This document shows positions 8,343 through 15,287 of a DNA stretch of 32,000 nt, piece by piece (position 1 is the stretch's first letter; the number at the start of each line of letters is the position of its first letter). This DNA is from Phycisphaera mikurensis NBRC 102666. Its GTDB lineage: Bacteria; Planctomycetota; Phycisphaerae; Phycisphaerales; Phycisphaeraceae. Where the stretch lies: positions 510,001-542,000 of the forward strand of contig NC_017080.1 in the NCBI RefSeq assembly GCF_000284115.1, read 5' to 3'. The notes below the pieces were generated by a model, which ran no database searches, had not been told where the DNA came from, and saw nothing but the letters and a program-made list of their open reading frames with translations. The translations under genes and the position numbers were made by a program.

Positions 8343-9313
8343 AGCGGGCGCTCTCGCTGCTGGGAACGGTGCTGCTGGGCGTGGCCGTGCTCTACGCCTC
8401 GGACCTGTCGCGCCTCGCCGAGCTCGCGGCGGGGCTGCGCCCGGGCTGGCTCCCGGCGCTCGCGTTGACGGCGCCGGCGCTGGCGGCGGTGTCGGTGCTG
8501 AAGTGGTGGCTGCTGCTGCGGGCCCGGCCCGGCGGCGCCGTGCCTGGCTTCACGCCGCTGCTGGGTCTCTACGCCACCGGGCAGTTCTACAACCAGGTCC
8601 TGCCGAGCAACTCCGGCGGCGACGTGGTGCGCGCCGAGATGCTGACGCGGCGGCTGCGGGTCCGGGGCGCGGGCGGCCGCTCGGCGGCTTGGGCCTCCAT
8701 CACCGCCGAACGCTTCACGGGCCTCGCGGTGCTGGTGGCGATGGCCGTGCCCGCCGCGCTGTGCCCGGCCTTCTGGGCCCACCCGCTGCTGATGGTCGGG
8801 ATCGCCGCGGGCACGGCCCTCTCGGTCGCGGTCATCGCCGGGGTGCTGCTGGTGCCGCCGTCGCCGCCGCCGCCCGCTGCCGGGCCGGACCGCCGGCTCC
8901 TCCGGGCCCTCGGCAAGGCGCGGGCGAAGCTCGCGGCGTTCTCCGCCGACCTCCGCTCCTACGGGCGTCACCGCCGGACGCTCGCCGCGTCGCTCGCGCT
9001 GTCGGCGGGGTTCTACGCCCTGGCGGTCGCCTCGGTGATGGTGGCGGCGGCTTGCTTCGGGCATCCGGTGGCGGTGCGCCCCGCCACGCTGGCCACCGCG
9101 GCGGTGCTGGTCGTGTCGCTGCTGCCGGTCTCGATCAACGGGCTGGGCCTCTGGGAGGCGAGCTTCCTCGCGAGCTTCGAGGCCCTGGGGCTCGGCGGCG
9201 AGCTCGGCCTCGCCGTCGCGCTGCTGCTGCGCTTCCGCGACCTGCTGTGGGCGGTGGCCGGCGCCACCGTCGCCGCCGCTTGTCGCGCGGGAACCCCCGC
9301 GACGGGCGCCTGA
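8339..9313 (+). CDS. flippase-like / lysylphosphatidylglycerol-synthase-TM-domain (UPF0104) membrane protein
   Basis: Multi-pass membrane protein with the family-like motif QVLPSNSGGDVVRAEML...ITAERFTGL. The TTG start at 8339 overlaps the upstream TGA (8340-8342), suggesting translational coupling. A nearby downstream GTG is an alternative start. Confidence 0.8.
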   Translation: MKRALSLLGTVLLGVAVLYASDLSRLAELAAGLRPGWLPALALTAPALAAVSVLKWWLLLRARPGGAVPGFTPLLGLYATGQFYNQVLPSNSGGDVVRAEMLTRRLRVRGAGGRSAAWASITAERFTGLAVLVAMAVPAALCPAFWAHPLLMVGIAAGTALSVAVIAGVLLVPPSPPPPAAGPDRRLLRALGKARAKLAAFSADLRSYGRHRRTLAASLALSAGFYALAVASVMVAAACFGHPVAVRPATLATAAVLVVSLLPVSINGLGLWEASFLASFEALGLGGELGLAVALLLRFRDLLWAVAGATVAAACRAGTPATGA

Positions 9314-9330
9314 CCCTGCGGACCGTCTGA

Positions 9331-9380
9331 CCCCGCGGACCGTCGCGCTTCCGGGCCCGGGAAGCCCGCGGTCCGCGGGG
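9331..9380. repeat. CCGCGGACC-type hairpin between convergent genes (candidate bidirectional terminator)
   Basis: CCCCGCGGACC (9331-9341) pairs with GGTCCGCGGGG (9370-9380). An inner CTTCC/GGAAG stem is present. An extra half-site TGCGGACCGTC lies at 9316-9326. The hairpin sits between the stop at 9313 (+) and the stop at 9384 (-). Confidence 0.55.
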
Positions 9381-9383
9381 GGG

Positions 9384-10076
9384 TCAAGGCCGCCGCGTCG
9401 CGTGCTCCATGAGCGCGACGGCGGCGGCGGCGACGTAGGCGGGCTCGTCCTCGTGGCCTCCGTGCCAGTTGGTCTCGAGCACCGCGGCGCCGGCGCAGCG
9501 CAGGGCCGACGCGAAGCCGGCGGCGCTCGCGACGCGGGAGGGCAGGTCGGCGTCGCCGCAGCCGGTCATCCAAGCGATGCGGTCGATGGGACCCGCGGCT
9601 GGCCGGGCTGCGGCGGCGCGGACCGCGGGCGACGCGAAGCCGGGGTGCTCGTCGGGACGATCGAGCCACCGCTCCTCGGCCATCATCCCCGTCCAGCGGC
9701 CGCCGGGCAGGGTCCAGGAGCCCGCGGCGAGGGCGACGCAGCAGGCCACCCGCCGGGGGTGTCGCATCGCGAAGCGGTGGGCGAATTGAGCCCCGCCGCT
9801 GTGGCCCTGCACGCAGATTGGGCCGGCGTGGCCGGCTTCGGCGAGATCGGCGAGCACGCCGGCGTCGGGGTCGGGTTTGCCGGGGCGGCCGAGGAGGAAC
9901 TGGTACGGCGTTTCAAGCTGCGGGCAGAACAGCCGCAGGGGCCGACGGCCGAAGCGGGACCAACGCTCCCGCCAGCGCTGGACCACGGCCGCGGCGTCGC
10001 CTCCGGTGCCGTGCAGGGCGAGCAACACCACCGGCTCTCCCGTTCCCGCGACCCCGCATGAGTGGTGCTTCACCAT
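9384..10076 (-). CDS. alpha/beta-hydrolase fold esterase
   Basis: Nucleophile elbow GHSGG, an LHGTGGD oxyanion-type block, and a C-terminal GGHEDE. ATG 10076 (MVKHH..) is chosen because the track start at 10262 would overlap the divergent gene start at 10261. Confidence 0.8.
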   Translation of the reverse strand: MVKHHSCGVAGTGEPVVLLALHGTGGDAAAVVQRWRERWSRFGRRPLRLFCPQLETPYQFLLGRPGKPDPDAGVLADLAEAGHAGPICVQGHSGGAQFAHRFAMRHPRRVACCVALAAGSWTLPGGRWTGMMAEERWLDRPDEHPGFASPAVRAAAARPAAGPIDRIAWMTGCGDADLPSRVASAAGFASALRCAGAAVLETNWHGGHEDEPAYVAAAAVALMEHATRRP

Positions 10077-10260
10077 GCCGGCGAAGCTACGAAGTGCCGC
10101 GAAGGCCACTGGCGCCGCCGGTTCGGCGGGGAGGACGCGTTGCCGTCGCGGGTCCGGGCGTTCATACTCGCGTCGGGGGAGCGACCGAGCCGGGGAGGCG
10201 AGGGCGCAGCCACCCGGCCCGCCACACGCTCCCCCGGTGCGCGTGTCCCCCAACCCCGCC

Positions 10261-12180
10261 ATGGCTTCGTCGACGCACCCGCCACCACGCCAGCCGGATC
10301 GGGCCTTCCCGGTTGCCGCCTTCGCCGGCCCGCGGCCTGCGCCGCGGTCGCGGCGGTGGTCGATCGCGGCCGCCGCGCTGCTGCTCGCGGCGGCGGTGCC
10401 CGTGCTGGCGGTCCGCCTGGCCTGGTCGAACCCGACGGTCGATGCCGCCGAGTATGCCCGCCTGGCGCCCGCCGCCGAGGCCGGGCGGGGCTTCGGCCAG
10501 CACCGGCGGGAAGCGGATGCTTACGACGCGCTGCTCGGTCTCGTCGGCGAGCCGGACCCGGCGGCGGCCGCGGCCGGCGACCCCGCCCCAAGGGGCCTCG
10601 CGGCGGGCCGGCGCGTCTCGGCCGCGGCGGGCGGCCTGCTGGTGGTGCTCGCGGGGGGCTTCGCCTGGCGAGTGGTCGCCGCCGGGACGCGACGCCGTGG
10701 GGCGGGCGGCCCGCCCGGTTCGGGCGCGGAAGGCCACCCCCGGGCGGCCGCGGCAGTCGCGGCGTCGCTGGCGGTGGCGGGCACGGGGCTGTGCCTCCCG
10801 CTCGTTCACTTCAGCGGCTTGCTCTCGCCGGTGATGGCGGCCAACGCGGCGCTGCTTGCCGCCGCGGCGCTCGCCTGGCACGCCGCCGCGGGGCCGCCGG
10901 GCCGGTCCTTGGGCCCCCCGGCGGCCGCCGGGGCCGCGGCGCTGACGCTGGCGGCCTGCTCGCTGAGCCCGACCGTCGCGGCGGCCGCGGCGGGCCTGAT
11001 CGCTTGGGCGGTGCCCGCGGTGGCGCTGCGGCTGCGGGACCAGCCCGACGACCACCGCCGCTTCCGCGACGCGGTGACGTCGGTTCTCCTGCTGCTCCTG
11101 GTGCTCACCGCCGGGCTCGCGTTGCATTACGCGGCGGCGGGATCGCCCTTCGCCGAGCTGCTCCGCGAGCCACCTTTCGTGCCCGATGGGGTTCTTGGCG
11201 AGGGCCCGCTCCGGCTGCTGGCCGAGCGGCTGGGCTGGGTGTTGCCGGCCGCCGCGGCGTCGCTGGCGCTGCTGCTCCGGGCCCGTCCCGCGGCCGGCCT
11301 GCTGCTCGCTGCGATTGCCGCGGCGGCGCTGCTGGGTGCGAGCGTCGGCGGCTCCGGAGCCGAGGCGGAGCTGGTGCCCGCCTACTGGGCGGCGCTGCTC
11401 GGGCTGGCGATCGGCGCGGGCGTGCTGCTGCCGTGGGTCCACCGCCACGCCGCCGGCTTCTTCCAGGCCGTTGCCGAGCGGCTCGGGATGTACGCCGCCG
11501 CGCCGGCCGTCGGCCGCACGCTCGCCACGCTCGCGCTGGCGGCTCTGGTGGTCTGGGGGGGCTACCGCAGCCCGGCCTACTACCTCACCGCGGCGGTGCT
11601 GCGGGACGGGGTCGAGCGCGGACCGTACGCCCGGATGGACTTCGCCGCCGCGGCGCCCGCCCTGCGGGCCGTGCTGCGGGAGGGCGACGCCGTGGCCACC
11701 TCCGCCCCTGACGCCACCCGCCTGCACCTGGGGCGGGCGGACGTGCTGCTCTCTCGCGGCCGCCTCGCCGCGGCGATCGCCCTGGCCGACGCGGGGGCGG
11801 GCGTGGCGACCCCCGCCGAGGGCTCGGACGCGGGCTTCGCGCTGATCGACCCCGCCTCGGGCCTCCCGGTGGTCGGCTCGGTGGAGGGGCTCCGAAGCCT
11901 GCTGCGGGAGCGTCCCTCCGGCCTCCTGATCGTGGAGCGAATCGAGTGGATGGAGCCCGGCGGCCTGCCCCTCCCGGTGGCCCGGGAGATCGAGGAGCGG
12001 GCGATCCGGGTGGCGCTGCCGACCCGCAGCGGGCTCTACGCCTTCCGCTGGAGCGAACCCGTCGAAACGGCGGCCGCGCCGGCCGAAGCGCCGGGGCCGG
12101 ATCGGCCGATGGGGACGCTCCTTCCCGGGCCCGCCGCCAGCGAGGAAGGGCCCGCCGCCGCGTTCCCGTCGAACCGATGA
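10261..12180 (+). CDS. large polytopic membrane protein, possibly GT-C (ArnT/PMT, GT39/83-like) glycosyltransferase, with a C-terminal soluble domain
   Basis: ATG at 10261, taken as the first residue of protein-like sequence. About 10 or more TM helices. The first-loop motif VDAAEYARLA resembles the GT-C DExxY loop. The C-terminal ~200 aa are soluble. The functional call is weak. Confidence 0.7.
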   Translation: MASSTHPPPRQPDRAFPVAAFAGPRPAPRSRRWSIAAAALLLAAAVPVLAVRLAWSNPTVDAAEYARLAPAAEAGRGFGQHRREADAYDALLGLVGEPDPAAAAAGDPAPRGLAAGRRVSAAAGGLLVVLAGGFAWRVVAAGTRRRGAGGPPGSGAEGHPRAAAAVAASLAVAGTGLCLPLVHFSGLLSPVMAANAALLAAAALAWHAAAGPPGRSLGPPAAAGAAALTLAACSLSPTVAAAAAGLIAWAVPAVALRLRDQPDDHRRFRDAVTSVLLLLLVLTAGLALHYAAAGSPFAELLREPPFVPDGVLGEGPLRLLAERLGWVLPAAAASLALLLRARPAAGLLLAAIAAAALLGASVGGSGAEAELVPAYWAALLGLAIGAGVLLPWVHRHAAGFFQAVAERLGMYAAAPAVGRTLATLALAALVVWGGYRSPAYYLTAAVLRDGVERGPYARMDFAAAAPALRAVLREGDAVATSAPDATRLHLGRADVLLSRGRLAAAIALADAGAGVATPAEGSDAGFALIDPASGLPVVGSVEGLRSLLRERPSGLLIVERIEWMEPGGLPLPVAREIEERAIRVALPTRSGLYAFRWSEPVETAAAPAEAPGPDRPMGTLLPGPAASEEGPAAAFPSNR

Positions 12181-13085
12181 GTGCCCCCCTCCCGAGCTCA
12201 TCTCCACCGGAGGCCGCGGAGGGCGCGGAGGGCCCCGCCGGCCCGGAGCGTCGCGTCCGCTTGGCGGGCGTCGACCTCGACCCGCTGACCCTCCGCGGCA
12301 CGATCGAGCTGATGCTCGGGGCGCTGGACGCCGGCCGGGGCGGGTGGCTGGTGACGTCAAATCTCGATCACCTCCGGCGGGCGGGGCACGACCCAAGCTT
12401 CCGTGCCATGCTCGCGGCGGCCGACCGCGTCGTCGCCGACGGGATGCCGCTGGTGTGGGCATCCCGGATCGCCGGAACGCCCCTGCCCGAGCGGGTCGCG
12501 GGCTCGACGCTGTCCGCCGAGATGGCCGCCGCCGCCGCCGCCCGCGGCCGCTCGCTGTTCCTCCTCGGCGGCAACCCCGGCGTGGCCGACGCCGCGGCGG
12601 CTCGGTTGCGGGAGGACCATCCGGACCTGGTCATCGCCGGCACGCACTGCCCGCCTCTGGGCTTCGAGGACGATCCCGAGGCGGCTCCGGCGTTGCGGGC
12701 GGCTCTCGCCTCCAGCGACGCCGACCTTGTGTACGTCGCGTTGGGTTCCCCGAAGCAGGAGAAGCTCATCGCCGAGCTCCGTGGCGAGGGCCTGCTGCCC
12801 GGGGCCTGGTGGGTCGGCGTCGGGATCTCGCTCTCCTTTCTATGCGGCGAGGTCTCCCGGGCCCCGGGCTGGGTTCAAGCGGCCGGGCTGGAGTGGGTCC
12901 ACCGCCTGGCCCAGGAGCCGCGACGCCTGGCTCGGCGTTACCTCGTCGACGGGCTGCCCTACGCCGCGCGGCTGCTGGCGGCGGCGGCGTGGAGTCGCCT
13001 CACCCGCCCGGCCGCGGCTACCTTCCGGCCCGCGGAGGCCTCGGGCGCCGCTCCCCCGGCTCCGGGTCCCGGAGCCGACGCCTGA
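12177..13085 (+). CDS. WecB/TagA/CpsF family glycosyltransferase
   Basis: The ATG overlaps the upstream TGA (ATGA at 12177-12180). Motifs: VTSNLDHLR, ADGMPLVWASRI, VALGSPKQEKLI, GLEWVHRLAQEPRRLARRYLV. Confidence 0.9.
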   Translation: MSAPLPSSSPPEAAEGAEGPAGPERRVRLAGVDLDPLTLRGTIELMLGALDAGRGGWLVTSNLDHLRRAGHDPSFRAMLAAADRVVADGMPLVWASRIAGTPLPERVAGSTLSAEMAAAAAARGRSLFLLGGNPGVADAAAARLREDHPDLVIAGTHCPPLGFEDDPEAAPALRAALASSDADLVYVALGSPKQEKLIAELRGEGLLPGAWWVGVGISLSFLCGEVSRAPGWVQAAGLEWVHRLAQEPRRLARRYLVDGLPYAARLLAAAAWSRLTRPAAATFRPAEASGAAPPAPGPGADA

Positions 13086-13152
13086 AGCCGCCCCCGCCCC
13101 GGGCCGATGCCCGGCGGTGCGGCCGGCCGTGCCCCCTCCGCGCAGGATCGTC

Positions 13153-14139
13153 ATGAGCCCCAAGCGAAGCAAGTCCGACACCGGTTCCGCCCGCTTCGGC
13201 GGGCTCGCCCCGCGTGGGGGGCAGCACGGTGGCTCCCGCTTCGACGATCCCGGCGGCGACGAGCCGCAGGGGCCGCCCCCGCGCGTGGAAGCCGTGGTGA
13301 TGCTCGCCGGGCAGGTGCGCCCGACGCCGCTGCGGCGGGCCACCGGCCGCGGCAGCCTGGAGCTCCCGCTCGCGGCCGGCCACACCGTTCTCGACCACTG
13401 GTGCGAGCAGCTGGACGCGTACGCGGGCCTGCACGGGGGGGCCACGCCGCTGTCGGTCCGCGTGATGCTCGACCACGACGCGGACTTCGAGCGGAACCCC
13501 CGCTTCCCCGCCGGCATCCGGCTGGGGCTCGAGCGTGATCCCTCGCGGCTTCGCGGAACCGGGGGGCTGCTCTCCGACGTCGCGCGGGGTTACGACGACG
13601 ACGCCGTCCTGCTCGTCGTCCACGCCTCGCAGCTGCCGATCCGCCCGCTCGCCTCCACGCTCTGCGGCCCGGTCTGCCGGGAGGCCGACGTCACGCTGCT
13701 GTGCACCCGCGACGGGCAGCCCAGCGGGGTGATGCTCGTGCGGTGCAGCGCCCTCCGCGGCCTGAAGCCGGTGGGGTTCATCGATCTCAACGAGCAGGCG
13801 CTCCCGCGGATCGCCGCGTCCGCGGACGTCCGCGTGTGCCGCACCGCGCGGCCGACGACGATGTCGCTGCGCACGACGTCGGGCTACCTGGAGGCGTTGC
13901 GGGCATATCACGGCGCCCGCAGCGGCTCGCTGGGGGCGCCGGGGCCCTTCGCCGAGAGCTGGCGGCCCTCCTTCCAGGTCATCGAGTCGGGCGCCTCGGT
14001 CGCTCCCGGCGCCGTCATCCACGACTCCGCCGTGCTCTCGGGCGCCCGCGTCGACGCCGGAGCCGTGGTGGTCCGCAGCGTCGTCTGCCCCGGCACCTTC
14101 GTGGCGCCGGGCCGGCACGTCATCGACACCATCGTCTAA
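13153..14139 (+). CDS. sugar-phosphate nucleotidyltransferase-like protein with a C-terminal LbH domain and a divergent N-terminal G-loop
   Basis: ATG at 13153. VVMLAGQVRPTPLRRATGRGSLELPL stands in place of the canonical LAGGxGxRLxPLT. An RGTGGLLSDV block is present. C-terminal hexapeptide turns: SVAPGAVIHDSAVLSGARVDAGAVVVRSVV. Confidence 0.7.
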   Translation: MSPKRSKSDTGSARFGGLAPRGGQHGGSRFDDPGGDEPQGPPPRVEAVVMLAGQVRPTPLRRATGRGSLELPLAAGHTVLDHWCEQLDAYAGLHGGATPLSVRVMLDHDADFERNPRFPAGIRLGLERDPSRLRGTGGLLSDVARGYDDDAVLLVVHASQLPIRPLASTLCGPVCREADVTLLCTRDGQPSGVMLVRCSALRGLKPVGFIDLNEQALPRIAASADVRVCRTARPTTMSLRTTSGYLEALRAYHGARSGSLGAPGPFAESWRPSFQVIESGASVAPGAVIHDSAVLSGARVDAGAVVVRSVVCPGTFVAPGRHVIDTIV

Positions 14140-14232
14140 GCCACCGCGTCGGGGCCGGCCGTGCCGCCCGCCGCGAGCCCCGCAGCGGATTGGGTTCTTC
14201 TCCGCCAGCGGTTATCCTCGCCGTGGAGGTTG

Positions 14233-15195
14233 ATGAAAGTGCCGGTGCCAAATCGGGTCAGACGCAATGGTTGGGTGCCCTGGCGCCTCACGCTCCTGGG
14301 GCTGGCGGCCGCCGGAGCGATGCTCCTCGCTCTCCCGGCTTGGGTCGCTTGCGCGCGGGCGGCGCTCGGGCACGAGGCCGACGCGGGCATCCTGATCGCC
14401 CCGGTCGTCTTCGTCTTCCTGGTGACGCTGCGGTGGCGGCGGCTGGTGGTTCTCCGGCCGCGGCCCGATGCGTTGGGGGTCGCGGTCGCCGCCCTGGGGG
14501 TCGTGCTGCTCGCGCTCGCCACCGCCGACCCCCTCGGCGGCGGGAGCTGGTTCCTCGGGGGGCCGCTCTTCCGCGGCGGCCCGGCGGCGACCTGGGCGCG
14601 CACGGCGGCGGTGGGTGGCGCCGTGCTGCTTCTGCTCGGCTCGATCACCGCCGTCACCGGCCACCGCCTGGCGGGGCGCTTCGGCGCGGCGATGGGGGCG
14701 CTCGTGTTCCTCGTGCCGCTGCCGCAGTCGCTCATCACGCAGGTCTCAGAGCCGATGAACCTCGCGGCGGCGCGGGTCGCTTGCGGGATCTTCGAGGTCT
14801 TCAGCGTGGGGGCCGGCGTGGAGGGCGGGACCATGTTCATCGAGCGGGGTGCGGGGCAGCGGTGGATGCCCGTGCCGCTGGCCGAGACCGCCCAGGCGCT
14901 GCCGATCGCGATGATGCTCGGCGTGGTCTGCTACGCCTTCGTCTTCGGCTCGCCGCTGCGCCCGCTGGTCCGCACCGCCGTGCTCCTGCTGTGCCCGATC
15001 GCGGGCGTTCTCAGCTGCGCCGGCGTCTTGGTGGCGACGCTGCTGTTCAGCACGCCCGAGGCGCCGGCCTGGGCGTGGGCCCAGGTCGGCGGGCAGTGGC
15101 TCATGATGGCGGTGGCGTTCCTGCTGCTGATGGGCCTGATCCGCCTGCTGGCGTGGGCGGCGGTCCCGGTCCGTCGCTTCTCGCTGGCGAACTGA
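14233..15195 (+). CDS. exosortase/archaeosortase-like 8-TM membrane protein (apparently non-canonical active site)
   Basis: The ATG at 14233 is preceded by GGAGG 5 nt upstream; the GTG at 14161 is an alternative. Family-like landmarks: GHEADAGILIAPVVFVFLVTLRWRR (compare ysHG..vp....l.wrR), FLVPLPQSLITQVSEPMNLAAARVA (compare fmvPlP...l..pLq), PVPLAETAQAL (compare V.eaCSGlr), and CPIAGVLSCAGVLV (compare PiAi.aN..Ri). Recognised by eye only. Confidence 0.6.
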   Translation: MKVPVPNRVRRNGWVPWRLTLLGLAAAGAMLLALPAWVACARAALGHEADAGILIAPVVFVFLVTLRWRRLVVLRPRPDALGVAVAALGVVLLALATADPLGGGSWFLGGPLFRGGPAATWARTAAVGGAVLLLLGSITAVTGHRLAGRFGAAMGALVFLVPLPQSLITQVSEPMNLAAARVACGIFEVFSVGAGVEGGTMFIERGAGQRWMPVPLAETAQALPIAMMLGVVCYAFVFGSPLRPLVRTAVLLLCPIAGVLSCAGVLVATLLFSTPEAPAWAWAQVGGQWLMMAVAFLLLMGLIRLLAWAAVPVRRFSLAN

Positions 15196-15287
15196 GCCCC
15201 GAGCCTCCGCCTGCGCCATCGCGTGCGCCCGCCCGCGCCGGACGCTCGGCATCCGGGCATCCCGGGACGCCGCTCTAGCCTCCAACG

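Noticed and set aside
9877-10260. N-terminal extension of the GT-C-like gene (track start 9877) and of the esterase (track start 10262)
   Set aside because: The extensions are Arg/Pro/Gly-rich. They would make the two divergent genes overlap by about 385 bp. The internal ATGs at 10261 and 10076 begin the protein-like sequence and leave a 184-bp divergent promoter region.
11946-12176. Upstream extension of the WecB/TagA gene (track start 11946), and the analogous extensions 12403..13152 and 26358..27404
   Set aside because: These segments overlap the 3' ends of the preceding well-supported genes in another frame. The ATG sites at 12177, 13153 and 27405 start the recognisable protein sequence.
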